A stretch of DNA of 64,000 nt from NCBI RefSeq assembly GCF_022539665.2, contig NC_081331.1:6076001-6140000 (forward strand), written 5' to 3'. Each line of letters begins with the position of its first letter. Position 1 is the first letter of the stretch. The DNA is from Daphnia carinata (Eukaryota). Positions 26,851 through 40,751 of this stretch are shown piece after piece. A program made the translations under genes and the position numbers. The notes beneath the pieces are model-generated. The model searched no databases. It saw only the letters and a list, made by a program, of their open reading frames with translations, and had not been told where the DNA came from.

Positions 26851-29133
26851 CTAAAACAATATACAAGTATAAAATTACTTCAGAAAATATCCAGGTAATA
26901 CACGTTGTTCCTTGTCTAAGTTCATGAATTCAAAAAGTGTAATAAATACTAATTGAATACTAACAGATAAGCGATACAACGGTGGCAAAAACAATAAAGG
27001 TGAATTAAGCAAGCTAAATAAAAAAAAAGTTGATAAATGTAATGTGTGAACAAAGCGAACACAGACAATGAAAGAAAAAATTTTGGCAAAAAACATTTTA
27101 TAAAAAAAAATTTATTGACAATTCTCTGCACATTACAATTATTTTTGCAACTTTAAAAAGGCACAATAGCCCTTTCAAAAGTTGCCGTCAACCCAGGCAG
27201 GGGGAGACACTGCCTTGTTGACCCACCGGGGAGATTACCCGGTGATTGGCTAAGAGAAGCCGGAAGAAGAGCTGAAGATTTGGAACATTTTTACAGGAGC
27301 GATTAACCTTTAGTTCGGATTTGTGGGCAGCCACGTCACCCTCCGTGAACACATCATCGGACGAAGCGGCACCCCACGTCCCCTTTCCGGCCAGAGCCCT
27401 CCAAACCTCGGTATATGTTGTTTTTATATATACCGTACAGTAGGGGCATGACCCCCTACGGGCTTATTATGAGTCAAGGGGAAACGGGGCTTCAGAAAAG
27501 AAGGGAGCCCAGATATGCACTTCAATTTTTTAAATATCAAATACCGTATGGGGAATCCGAATTAAGTATAGCAATGTCATGTCATCCATCCAATCAATAC
27601 AATTTATTCAGTGTCTTGCCCCAACCAAGAATCTTTTCAGATCCAATGTTACTATTAACCTATATTGAGAAAAGAAAAACAACACCGTTAAACACATCAA
27701 TTGTTGATCATGGAACTTACATGACTCATAGATTCAACTTCTGTTGGAAGCTTGGGAAAGGACATACAAATTGCAGATTAACTTCATTGTATAAGGCTCT
27801 TGAATGATAAACTAGCACCTGTAGAATGTTGCATTGTTGATAGTTGTGTTCCCAGTACATGAAAATCCTTTCCTATTGGATAAAATTTTTTTTGGTAGAT
27901 AAGACCTGGTTGGCAAAAAGGAGGAGAAATTCTTCATCAGAAATTCAAAATTATTTGAAGAAAAATCCTTTCATACCTAAAGAGTCCATGTATGATGTTC
28001 ATCTCTGCAATAGCAGCAAAATTAAAACATCTTTAGGGCCATTTTAAGTAACCAGCTTCACCAACACTCTGAAGGTAAGGGACAAATTGTTCTTTAGCAA
28101 GAGAACCAGAATTATTTGAGGCTTCTAGCTGTGACAGAACTATAAAGGATTGCTGTTACACAGGATTCATTCACACAAGATGGTACTTCTCATTAGACAA
28201 TTTGCATACTCTATTACTTTACCTCATATCTTAATGGTAATGCACTTTCAGTGTTTTTCAACTGTAGGCTCACTCTTCCATCCTGTAACACTTCCAGACT
28301 TGACTTGATCCCCCGCTAAAATTCTGTGAATGCAAAATAATAGCATTATTAATACTTTTTCGATAGACAAAAAACCGAAAAGTACCTAATTCATGTTTTA
28401 TGTTGAACTCGTGCCATTTCTGGGTTTCCATACCACACCCATTTTCAGCCCAAGTACGGTCCCACAATTGTTCAGTTCCATCGCTGCATGGACTGATTAC
28501 GAACAATAATTGAGCCTGCAGGTTCATAATTAGAGCTAAAAAAACAATAATTAATAATTGAAAACTAATATAATAATCTTTGTACTTACCATCCTTATCT
28601 TTTATTATCTTATCCATTTTAACATATTTTTCTCCAGCCACACGTTATTCTCCATCCACGCTACTCAACTAACTGCGAATGGCATCCAATGGGCTGAAAT
28701 TGCCTACATGCCAGTAATAACGAGTCTGAGCGGTAGATGGCTACGTGTCGGAAAAAAAGAAAAAAGTGTGATTTTTTTTTTTTGGCGATTTTTTTTTTTT
28801 GGGGGGGGGTAAAACGGATTGCCATACAAATCAGCGTTACATTCTTTGTAAACCGTGTAATTTTTATAGAATTCCAAATGGTTCACCTTTTTCGTTAAAT
28901 AATTGTGTTTTAAAATAAACACGACAAAATAATTAACATAAATAATAACAATCCAAAATAAGTGGAGCGAATAAATGTATGGCAGCAATGGCCGCATGTT
29001 ATGCAGGTTGCAGACCTCAGAAAACAATAATACCAGCAGTCGACACGTAAATGAAAATTCGAATCGCAAGACCTGGAGAGCCGAAAATTTTGCTGGATTA
29101 CATTGTTAATACCAATTATTTTCCGTACAAAAA

Positions 29134-31124
29134 ATGCTTGAAAGAACTCGAGAGCAGAATCCCCGTCAGCAATCTCCGGAATTAGATGTTTCGAAACTGA
29201 AACGCACTATTGTTTCTGTCGAATACCCAGGCCGGGTGGTAAACGACAATGAAGCATTCAGGACCATGGGTGGACTTGGAATGATGTCAGCAGTTCATTC
29301 AAAGGAAAATAGAAAGTATTATGTACTCATGAATCTTTTTCGGCAGTTTTCGTAATATTTATAATTTCTTTTCAAGAATTGAATTGAGGTTTAGACCAGA
29401 TGACCCATTCTGCAAACCCACTCATGGGGAACAGGTCCAAACTTCAAACTTACTATTTAAAATCATAAAAACAACTAAAAAAAATAGAATAACCAAAAAA
29501 GAAGAAGTCACATACCAAACAAAACTTGAGGGTGTCATCAGAAAAACCTACAGATTCCTAGGTAGCGACTTATTTGGCTAACAATCTGTGTTTCTATGGT
29601 GTTATCTATTTATCGATATTTAACCATAGGTCTATGTGATTTTCAATACCTACCAATGGTGGCAAATACTGATACCACAAGGAAGGAGCTTACTGACAAG
29701 TTTGTTTCAATTCTTGAGCTTGTTGTTCCACAAAAGTTAGAAACCCTCGAATGGTTGGAGGAATCTGCCCCTGTGTTCATGTCTCCACCTGTATTTTCTC
29801 GGATGGACTTGCCAGTTGTTAGTGGAAAATTTAGAATCCTGTCTTTTAAAACCAGCTCACTATTAACTTTAACCTATTAGGATTACCATTTTAGGAAAGA
29901 CACCACGAACGCGTTAGGAATGCAATACGACGGCAATGTAATTGGTCGTCTGCGAAAGAAACGAGCCATGCAAACGATATTCCTTGATTACAGTGGAGGG
30001 CCCGCACCAACAAAGCCGCGTGACATGGCTCTTTGTAACTTAACCGTTCGTTTTATAATGCCCGATGACTTAGCCTTGATCAAAAAGGTATACGGAATGG
30101 AAATGTCTAAGTTAAATACCATAATTGACTGTGGGTATTCCAAGATGTTTGAAGAAAGACCTGTCTGGACGAAAGCTGCCCTTACGTACCATGTTGCCGG
30201 TGTCGACAAAAATTCGCTTCGTTTCATCTTGGCATCTGCCGCTTATTATTTCACGACCGGCCCGTGGAGGAATGCTTGGGTCCGTATAGGCTATGACCCG
30301 CGCCAAGACCCTGAAGCTAGGTATGGATTTATCATAGTGGTTTAAAATACTGGAGTTAGTTATACTATTATTGTTTGTAATTGGAAAAGGACTTACCAAA
30401 TACTCGATTTCCGCATCAGCCAGAACTACAGAAATAAAGTCGTTCCCAAACGCAGCTATTCAAAGTACAATCAGCCGCATAAGTACGTCAGCACGATGCG
30501 TACGAAAACATCATCTATACGACAAACTGCTGATATCCCCTCCACTTCAACAAACGCGGTGGAGAAAAAAGGTGAAAACTCGTACGTTTACCGACCGGGT
30601 ATGATTCCACAATGCAGGCAAATGTTTTACCAGGTAATAAATTGCTGTGGGACAAAACTTTGTGAGTAAAGTACAATTTCATGGTTCTCTTTGAACTAGT
30701 ACCTTGACCTGCATGTTCCAGAAATTGAAGAACTTCTTTCAACTTCAACTGTGGCGGAAAGCTGCGATGAACGGTACGGCTGGTATCCGCCACATTTCGA
30801 GGATGAATGTCGTCGGATTCTGAACAACTATATAAGTGACAGTTTTGCACGTAAGAAAGAAACAAAAATGTTATTGAGAAGTTTCACGATCATAATTTAC
30901 CATATTTCCTAGATCTGAAACCGGAGAAAAATAGAAAAAAGAAAAGTAAAATACAAGAACAAACATTGGACGAGGGCGAAGACGACGAATATAGCGAAGA
31001 AGAAGACCTGCAGTTGGATGATAATAATCTGGAAGAATCCGGAGATGATGAAGATTCATCTGGTGACGATGGAGGGACGGATGATGGCGACGAGGAATAT
31101 AAACCATCAGGGAAAAAATTATGA
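29134..31124 (+). CDS. GTF3C5: General transcription factor IIIC subunit 5 (TFIIIC63/Tfc1), multi-exon
   Basis: VSVEYPGRVVN...AFRTMGGL, LRFRPDDPFCKP, GLCDFQYLP, SPPVFSRMD, FEERPVWTK, AYYFTTGPWRNAWVRIGYDPR, acidic C-terminal tail. Confidence 0.93.
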
Positions 31125-31366
31125 TCAAGTTTTTGTCATGTTGTGCAAAATGCAAGAATTTCAAAGAATTTCCGTCGGTTTTATTAAATATAAAAATTCG
31201 ATGGGCAAAAAGGTTAAGAGGTAAAGCGTCGAAAAGGACAATACTGTTGGTTATATGTACAGCGTAGAACCAAACGGAGTAACAGTCGATCGTAATGCCA
31301 AAAAAATAATAATAATAATAAATAAAAAGAAAAAAAAAATCGAAATCTGAAAAAAAAAATTAAACA

Positions 31367-34300
31367 TCAGACGCTAGTTTCTCTTTTCTGATAGGCGCCT
31401 TCGTCCATAGATTCATCTGTAATTTTCTTGTTCTTGGTCGAAGTTAGAGTCTTCATGGCTTCGTCGTTTGATCCGTCATGGGCAGTAGAGCGTTCGCGAC
31501 ACTCGGTGTCAACGAAGACGTAAACAGGTTTTTCAGCGGAAGGATTTCGTCGAGCTGTGTCTTCTTGTGGTTCTGCTGTCGCCTCACCTTCTACCTGAGT
31601 TCCCATTTCGGCCATCACGACCATTTGTTCCTCGAGTTTCGATTTTTTGGGGATCCGCTGATGATAAATGACGTGTCGTTTTCTCTTTGTTTTATCTGTC
31701 TTGACGGCCGACCGGCTATTTGAAGTAGGTTGAGATTCGAATTGTTCTTCGCTGACATTGACATCAGCTTCATCGTGAAGAGATGCTTCCGTCCTAGAAG
31801 GCTTGTGCGAGGCTCCATTCTCCGTTTTCGTCGGCGGTAGCATATGTTTTCCGCTTTTACCCCAGGAGTTGTCTGATAGTCGAGACTGGAGCTCATGCCA
31901 ATCATAAGCGCCCATCTCGACGTGAATGTTGACATTGCTCACTTTAGCCTTGGTCGAAGTGCTGGCGTTCAACAAAGCTTCTTCCGTAATAGGTGAATGT
32001 GATGAATGGGATCGGTATGAGTGGGCGTTGTTGATCGAATGGCCAGATGAATGACGCGAGTGTCGATGATGATGGTGGTGGTGATGATGATGATGCCGAT
32101 TAAGTTGATTGTTTTGCATCTGTTGGAGCAATTTTTGCTTCTGGAAAAAACGGCGAGCTGTCTTACTCTGACGGGGATCGTAAAACGAATTTACCACCAT
32201 GGAAGGGTCCATGATCGTGACATTCATAGCTTCCGCAAGGGCTGGATCGATAATGTGGGTTTGTCCCAACGTTGCTCTTTCCGTTCCACGATCTACCTCT
32301 TCTGAAACTTCGGGATGATGCAACGGAGCTGTGTAAGGCACCGGTTGGTGAACCACCTGCGGTGGATTATGATTATGATGATGCCGCTGTTGTTGTTGTT
32401 GTTGTTGTTGTTGGTGGTGGTGGTGATGCTGCTGCTGATGATGAGTGGATAGATCTGTATGACTGTTGGTGCCAGTGGCAGGAGCTGTTACCATAGATTC
32501 TAAATTCTCCTTGATATGCGGCTCGAAGCAGGATGCGCAAACATCCTTCCTAGTTAAAAGATGAAAAAGCACAGCGTGCAGTCCGGTGGCTGCACTGAAA
32601 AATGCGTAGCATAAGCTAGAGACAAGCTCGTCATAGTGGGGCAGAACACCACGGAGAGGACGCCCCACAATACACAATCCAGAGAGCCATGTAAGACAGA
32701 AAAGAACAAGGAAGACGAACTGTCCGCGCAGCTGACTCAAAGTGCTCTTTTCATCCGCATCTTCCGTGATTGGCGTGGTAATACTAGGTTGAACAGGTAA
32801 ATGAAAAACCTTTAATAAAAAGCGCATAAAAACATTAAACGTGTCGCCCTGCTGGAAAACAAAAAACAATATAATTTTCTTACGGCATTTTCTCCGGTTT
32901 CAAGCATAGAAGGTGCGACACTCATGGCACATTCTCGTTTCTTACTATCACCGTCATCAGTAAAAGAAGCCATGAGTGGATTGCTGTGGCCTTGTTCGTC
33001 AACATCAGTCTTTGCGCCATCCTCCAACCGATCGTCACTGCTCGACGCAGCTGATGAGGTAACGATTAGCAGAGGACGCTCGCTTTCACTTCGGCCGGAA
33101 TGAAGAGCTATGCTTCCGTTGGCTGACATAGCCCCTTCCGCCTCGCCACGTTGGATCAACAGAGCGATTCGCTCATGATCACTGGATAGCGAAGCTAAAT
33201 CGCTTGTTTCCGTTACTTGATTCGTTACATTAGATGGACAGCTGGTAACGTCACCATCAACTGCCAGTGGAACGTAACCTCCTTGAAGTCCACAGGTCTT
33301 CTTCTCTTTCGGTATCCGCCCACATATGCCCAAATCTTTATTTGCTTCCGTCTGTGTGGCAGTTGCTGATGCCATTACACTTGGCTCTGCCGTCGCAATT
33401 TGTGACGCCAACTGTTTTTGATGAATAGCTGCTAGACGAGAGGTATGTCTCAGGAAGCACCAGGTCAAGAGATGGAAAGTGAGGATAAGCAATATCAAAA
33501 TAGCAGAAGGAAGTCCTACTGCCCCCAAACTTGGAGTCCAAGCCAAGAAACATATCCTAGAGCCATAATATTGCTCTAGATGGATAGCACCCGCGATTCC
33601 CTAAAAACATAAATAAGTTTTTTTCTTAAACGAATGAATGAGAAAATGAGTTAACTATAATAAATAGAACCAATAATGGCATTACTGGATTATCAACTAA
33701 AATTTCACGAAACAAGAAATCGTACCACAACAATAAGTGGGATTCCCCATCCAATTAAGTAAAAGCGCAAGGCAGGTTTTGGCGGTGAATCATGACCAAC
33801 GGCCATAGCTTCTTCCATGAGCGACGAGTTCGTTTCAGGATCTACATTCCGGGACGACTTCGTTATGTGTTTGTATAGGCTGGATGCGTTCACCACCATC
33901 CAAAGTAGAGAGCTTAGAGTCAAATAGTGGAGCAATAGCCCAGCAATCTGGCAAGACAGTTTGCCAAGGATTGGGCGGACACCCAATGTGAAAGCAATCA
34001 TTAACAACGACACTGATATCCAGGTATTGATTAATGAATGCCTAGTCGGTTGGGTCATCTTTAGTTGCCTTCGATGAATAAGATAGCAGAGACAGGCTGT
34101 CAGATGGCACAGTAATCCAATAACACTTCCAACGTAGACTGGGGACGGTAGGAGATGTAGTTGTCCAGGATAGAATGCGCCACCAGCAGTATTGCTGGTA
34201 CCACTCCTCGTTGTCACCTGTTCCACCATATCTTGTTCATTTTCATCGTCTTGGGTGGTGAATGCGGCAAAGAAGCCGAAACCACAGCAACACTGGAACG

Positions 34301-36407
34301 TCACCGAATCTCCTTCCGACATTAACCCTGATGATTTCAGAGTTTGGCATTGATCTGGACTCCACTGGTCTGTATACTGGTTCCACCTGGCTCCGACTAG
34401 ACGGTCAGAGGGACCAATTGCTCGACTTAGACGCATCGTCATGACAAAGGGTGTCGTCCGATTGATCAAGTTGGTGACAGGGCCAGAGGTAATCCCCAAT
34501 ACCGGAGTGGCAAGTGGCTTCATTTTGGCGCTGACGAATGCGTTAGTGCTGAGTACTAGTGAAAGTATGATGCTCTGTTCTGAAAAAGTCCCTTCTGAAA
34601 TCAAAGGGATCCGTACTGAAGCTTCAATAGTTCCTGGGCCAGTGGTATTTTGTCCGCAACTGGCGTGATAACGGCTCCGATTTTTGGCTTTTGGCGAATC
34701 TGGTTTGCTGCCAGCGATTTCAGGCATCCGTTTCCATGTACAAGTTCCGGCACTGAGCGACTTCCCTATGATTCCACACTTTTCAATGACTAAACTTGAA
34801 GATCGGTATTGAAATTCAGACGATTTCAACGGTGCCTGTTGGATAATCATAACAAGGCCATGACGTGAGTCAGTCAATAGCTGCGAATCTTGAGTAATCA
34901 GAATTGAGTAGATATCCATAATTATGGGTAACAGTTCTGGATGTTTCGTGCTAGCCTCCAGATAGTTGTGGAGCGTTTGCGTGACGAAGATGGCTTCATG
35001 TGGATCAGTCAAACTCATAACGTCTGTTAAGTAGGATTTTAACCTGCGCGCACTTTCCAACGCAGAAGTTTTGCTGAAGGTTAAATTTGTTTTAGCAAAC
35101 TGTTCCAGCACCTTAGTCACTTCGCTAAGATAGAAGCAAGAATTTAGGTCTGGTTCTTCCCAGTTTCCAAGCGCTCCACACAATCTGAAAGCCTGTAAAT
35201 TCGGATTGGCTTGACATGGCAAGGCGATCTTAAGGTTGGCCATGGTGCGTTGCCAGCTGTAACGCCCTTTGTTGGAAGTGGTTACCTGACTGGAACAAGT
35301 AGGTGTTGTGAGGGACAAAACTGTTACTTCTACTGACGCCGTCCTGCCACCCCAAGAACAGGACCAAGTACCACCATGCCGGGGAAGTAAGTGGCGGATG
35401 AGGAGCTGACTTTCGGTTTCTGTTCCTTGTTCCGTCCCACGGCTGCTGGTAGTTAATTCAACAGCTCCACCAGGCAAAACCGTGGCTGTTTGGTTATTGG
35501 TATTTCGATGGAGCCAGTTGGGAGCAACAGCTCGACCAGCCTTAAACTTACATGTCAATTTCAATGGATCACCTTCGAATACCAATTGGTTCGTATTCGG
35601 CCTGATTTCAACGCCAACTGGATCTTCAGGAGGGCAAGCTAGTTCTTCTACAACAAGTCTGGTCAATGAACGGTCTTTCAGTCGAGGTGGCTCTGCACAT
35701 GTTCCTTGGAGCCTGATTTTGTGTGATGACACATAAGTGAGAAGTGTGCTGAGTCGACAGTCACATTTAAGAGGATTTCCATTCAGTTTCACTCTGTCTA
35801 AGCTCTTTAAGTTTTCAATTATTGCACTGGAGAAATTTGTCAATTGATTGTTGCTGAGGTCTAAATATTTGAGATTCTTCAATGATGATAAAGTTTCAGC
35901 TGCAATTTCTTCAATTTGATTGTTCTTGAGAATCAGTTTCTGAAGCATTAAGTAATTACCATTTGCAAAATCTTCACTTGATAACCTTGTAAGGCTGTTT
36001 CCAGAAAGATCGTATTGAACAACATTTTCAACCAGCAGCGCCTGTAGGTTTAATTTCTTCACAGATACTATAAAGGCAGGATTCTGGCACTGTACTTTAA
36101 TTCCACTCTTGAGTATTTCAGGCTTTGTCTTGCTTTTTACATTGAGATTTTCAATAACTTCTTCATGATTATTCGGACTGATGTCTTGCTCCACACCACC
36201 TTCCAATAGCTTTAGCTTTTGCTCTGTGCATGTGCATGTAGCTGGGCAAAGGGATGCGGCCTGTAGATCAATATTTGCTTTTGAGAATTCTGCGTTTCCT
36301 TTAACAAGAGAATGCCCCAAAACATATAACAATACAACTACGATTAGTGTTAAGGGGACACCGCTATTGACCAGCTTCTGGCCATCAACTGAAGAGTTAT
36401 CCCGCAT
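31367..36407 (-). CDS. Adhesion GPCR, ADGRA (GPR124/GPR125)-like (3 large exons)
   Basis: Hydrophobic N-terminal segment, LRR array with LRRCT (NPLKCDC), Ig domain, HormR-like Cys domain, GAIN/GPS region (ARWN...WSPDQC...CCCGFGFFA), 7TM (CQIAGLLLHYLTLSSLLWM, RFYLIGWGIP), PDZ-binding C-terminus ETSV*. Confidence 0.9.
32055..32425 (-). repeat. Coding trinucleotide microsatellites encoding poly-His and poly-Gln in the GPCR tail
   Basis: TGA/TGG/TGT runs on the + strand encode HHQQQHHHHHQQQQQQQQQRHHH and a second His run on the minus strand. Confidence 0.9.
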
Positions 36408-36864
36408 TTTCGCATTCTGACGGTTGTATCACTTTCAGAATATAAATGTTTTCACTGAAACTGCTAACCGTTGTAATAAGCTACCAACATTGTAAGAAAT
36501 TTTTGTGGTTTTGGGCGTTGGCTTTCCAAGACGAAAGACAATTACTAGCAAGACGCCATGACAGTGGAGCTGTGGACATAAACAACAAATATCCGCACAG
36601 TTTATGTTCCACGTATATTGTTATTTTTCCTTAAAAAATCAAGAACCCCGAATCGCCCAAACCGAAAATTTTTCAAATATTAATACGTTCTGACTTCCGT
36701 AATCCAATAAATAGGAAAAAAAATATATATATAGAAGGTAAAGCGTCCATCACTAACATTAACTGTGAAAGGATAGTATTTGAAATAAAACGTTTGGTGA
36801 AAAATAAAGCTTAGTAGCTCGCCAATTCGTTATCAAAACGAACAGAGGACTGGTAGTAGACAAC

Positions 36865-38829
36865 TCAACGAATAGCCTGAGACATATGAAGCGGATTTAA
36901 CATTAATTCCAGTGTTGTGTCTTTTAAATTAGCTCCACGAAGGTTGGCCTCTTGTAAATCGCTTCCAGATAAATCGCAACCCTAAGATAACACAGGGGAA
37001 GTTATTAACAAATCATTCATGATTCCAACTATTCGCCAACTACCTCCAAGTCTGCTCCCGCCAAAACAGCTCCTCTGCAAAAAAAAAAAAAGGAAAAAAA
37101 AAAACAAACAAACATGGATAAATAAACCAAAAGAAGGAAATTTGAGCCCGAAAAAAGAACGAAAACCAAAATAAATTTCGAGGTAACCTCAAGGTGCAGT
37201 TTTGAAGATTTGCGTATTTCAAGGTTCCTACCCGGAGGTTCACACCGGCCATATTACTTTCTTCAAGAATGGCCCCTTTCATGTTAACACCTACAGCGTA
37301 TCAACGAGTATAGCGATTTCGATACATAGCCTTATGGGAACTGATAAACACTTTATCTACCTTCCATATTAGCTCGACTGCCAGCGGGGTCTTCGAAATT
37401 GCAGCCACGCAGCGACGCCCCTTAGAAAGAAAGTAAAAAAAAAAAAATAAATAAATAATGCTGCGTGCTCCTATGACGAACTTCCTAAAGTACGGATCTA
37501 CTTTACCTTCCAAAATAGCACATAGCATTTTTACTCCAAGAAGCTGTGCTCCGTCCATCTTTGCACCTGATAAGTCACACCGTTCCAGGTTGCACCAGCT
37601 CAGGTTTGCTCCGGAAAGATTGCAACCACGCATGCAAGCGTACTTGATAACAATAAAAACTTAGAGTTCTGTGACCATTGAGATTCCAATAATATAATTA
37701 CTTTGAAATTGATGCTTCTCAGGTCAAGTTTTGACAGATCAGCTTCAGCTAGATTGACCCCTTGGAATCGGAGCTCAGTGGTTGGTGAAGTACGAACAAG
37801 AGCTTTGATAACTTCTGCCCTGGTCAGCGGTTGCTGCTTCTTCTTTAGCTTTTCGTCATCGGCAAGAGATTCAAGTTGCGGTACCAGTGATTCAATACCA
37901 AAGAACTGTGCCTCTTCTAGGACGCCTTGAACATTAACACCAACGTCAAGAATCAACTTTCCGTGACGTAAATAGTTCAAAATCGGTTCAAAGTAAGTTG
38001 GACTACGGTCGATCAGATAGGCACCGCTGGAATCTACCGAGCTCGGACTAAGGTTGAATTGACCAGAATCAATGGTAAACATGCGTGAAAGCATGCTGAA
38101 GGGTTCTTTTGCTGTTAAAGTCATTCGAGTGGTGGTGAACAATTTTCCACCAACATTAAGGGTTACCCATTCTCTTTCTGAGCAAAAATCTCCACCTTCA
38201 GATATGTATAGTAATTCATTATCCCTAGAAAGGATAGAAAACAAATAAATAAATAAAACAAAAACAAGTTATTGTTAGTTTCAGCAAATAGTTTATCTTA
38301 TTTACAGGCACAGTGTCCTATTAGCAAAGATTGCATATCTCTACTGCATATTTCTAGAACCAATAATCCCTTTTAATGGAAAATGATCAGGCTACAAAAA
38401 AAGTAATCTTTACAGAAGGTCAAATGTAGCCCACAGCAACCAAAAACGTTTATATAAGACGTACCACTACATGTAACTCAAAGCAAAGACTAGTGAATGG
38501 CCTAGGCCAACAGAACTGAAATAATTCAGGATTTATTTAATTTTCTTCAAACTGTAAGTGAGAAAGAAATAGTTTAAAAAGATGATAAATATGTACCTTA
38601 TGAATAAAATATCATGTATTTCTCCTCCATGACAGTTGAAAACCCTTTTTGCCTTTATTCCTAGTGACAAACTAACTGCTGCAAGAAATTCAACAAATGT
38701 TGGAGGAACAGCAATGACCTGCAAAACATGCTAAGGTATATTATAGGGTAATCAAAATAGGCAAACAGAAATTAAAACCTTTCTGCCAGTAGAATGTCCA
38801 TTCTTTGATATTGTCACTCGTAGTGTCAT
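36865..38829 (-). CDS. KCTD9: BTB/POZ and pentapeptide-repeat protein KCTD9 (multi-exon)
   Basis: MTLRVTISKNG N-terminal domain, BTB (WVTLNVGGKLFTTTR, GAYLIDRSPTYFEPILNYLRHG), ELRFQGVNL, pentapeptide repeats, C-terminus PLHMSQAIR*. Confidence 0.93.
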
Positions 38830-39299
38830 GTAACGATTAAATTTACAAAATTTATTTTCAATAATTCTGGGAGCGCAGATTCAATGACTGTGTTGTTTGG
38901 TAAGGTTATTTTGCGGTTCTAATCCAAAGCGTTAATGGGTGCACCGATGTTTTTCTGTCTTTTTTCATAGAAGCCACAGCGTTGTCGGGTTCGATGATTT
39001 ACTTAGACATCTTTATTCAAAATTCTCTTAACGAATATTTAAAACGTGATTAATAAGCTTGAGATTTTTGTAATGGCCGGAAATAATTGTGGGGATAGTT
39101 TGAACGGAGATGCAATGTTAGATATCAAAGTAAGTTTTAACGTTCTTTATTTATTTCAGACGAAAAGACTATCCCGATTCCCGTCGTCTGCTATATAGAT
39201 CGAGTTCGTGGTCACGTAACCGTTACACGAACTTCTGACGACAGCTTATTACTTCTAAAACCGACGACTCAATTTCACAAAGTTACATAGTGTCTTAAA

Positions 39300-40751
39300 A
39301 TGCACCCAAGTGCCTTGCATCATGTTGAACTGTGTGTTGCTAACGGCAGGAAGATCGTTTCCTACTTTACAGACAAACTTGGCTTTTCACTTAGAGCACG
39401 AAGAGATACGTTGTTAAGCAGCCAGTGGGTTGTTGGAAGTAAAAAATCCATTTTTGTTGTAACCGAGAGGAAAAACTTTTACCAGGAACAATCTGTGCCG
39501 TTCTTATATTTTTCTCCGCCTGTTCGTCATGTTGACACTGTCTTCAATGTAGCTTTGGAAGTGAAAAATTTAGAATCCGTAACTGACAGGATGCAAAAAG
39601 TTGGAGGTAAACTATATCATCCTGTCACAGAAGTAGAAGACAAAAGAGGAAAAGTGAGATATTCTATTGTGGGTTCCTGTTGTGGCAACATAGTCCATAC
39701 CCTTTTGGACAAATCACAGTACATGGGACCATTCCTTCCTACATTTAACTGTGCTTCTGAAGATGAAAAGATTCAAGGAGAAGAACCCATCACTCATATT
39801 GATCATTTGACATATGTCTGCTGTCCTGGTGAATCACCTGGTATTATAAAATGGTATCAGGATTGCTTGGGCATGCAAAAATTTAAGACCAACCCAACTG
39901 AAGATCTGAAAGAAGGCTTGGTAATCAACGACGGTGTTGGCATGAGGCTCCGCGTTATAGACTATTGGCCCTGCGCTGAATCGGGTGTTTGCAATTCCAA
40001 CCCCGATGGCATGGACGAATCTTCGTTGAAGATTGTCATTGCAGAATCTCTTCCCGGAATAGGTAAATTCGGCGTTTGTTATAATGCTTTTCATTTGCCG
40101 TTAGGATGCTCTTTTAAGTAATAATACGGACGAACGTAGTATTTCTTTAATGACGTGACGGTACACGCCAAAACAGAGAACTCGCACATTGGTGCCTTCC
40201 TCAGCGGTCACGGAGGACCGGGTCTTCAGCACATCGGCCTCAGCACAACTGACATTACCAGTTGCGTGGATGACATGATACGAAAACAAGTTCCATTCCG
40301 AACACCGCCTGCAGCATATTATCGCAACGTAATGTCATTGGACTGCCAATATCGAAAAAAATATAAATAAACCTGCTCTGAAAATTGACTTTTTAGGAAC
40401 AGAAAAAGAAAGAAATCCAAGCTGCTGGTTACAACATTCACGAATTTCAGCGGTTAGGAATTCTGATCGACTCTGAAGCAGATACCAGCACAGAAAAACA
40501 TGACAACAAGTGAGTCTTGTTTTCAATTCCGATTTCACTTATCCAATCGACGAGCTTTTTATAAAATATATTGTTGTGACAGGTTTCTACTGCAGATCTT
40601 CACACTTCCATTGTTCAAGGAAGAAACGTTTTTTATGGAAGTGGTACAAAGACAAGGGGCTCGAGGGTTCGGTGCCGGCAACGTCACAGCTCTAGCCCGT
40701 TCGATCGAGGAGGAACAACAGATTATGAAAAAAAAAACTGCTCAAATCTAA
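39300..40751 (+). CDS. HPDL: 4-hydroxyphenylpyruvate dioxygenase-like protein (4 exons)
   Basis: VOC-fold signatures HHVELCV and [11 protein letters not shown]; iron ligands in [14 protein letters not shown] and [21 protein letters not shown] rather than HPD is an inference from these divergent motifs. Confidence 0.8.

Larger units (their letters stand above)
24458..28826. mobile_element. Fold-back / long-TIR non-autonomous element: arms approx. 24458-26466 and 26950-28826, spacer about 480 nt
   Basis: Terminal TATGGCAATCCGTTTTAC (24458-24475) matches GTAAAACGGATTGCCATA (28809-28826). Mirror ORFs 25584-25976(-) and 27415-27807(+) are nearly identical. No intact transposase seen. Confidence 0.8.

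Noticed and set aside
25584..27807. Mirrored 130-aa ORFs (MLFLYIPYSRG...) as real genes
   Set aside because: Non-ATG start and no recognisable domain; their identity is explained by the inverted repeat. The faint IPY resemblance to Penelope-like proteins is unsupported by other motifs.
32852..32883. Ultra-short 32-nt intron in the GPCR gene
   Set aside because: An in-frame acceptor near 32810 gives a normal intron of about 74 nt.
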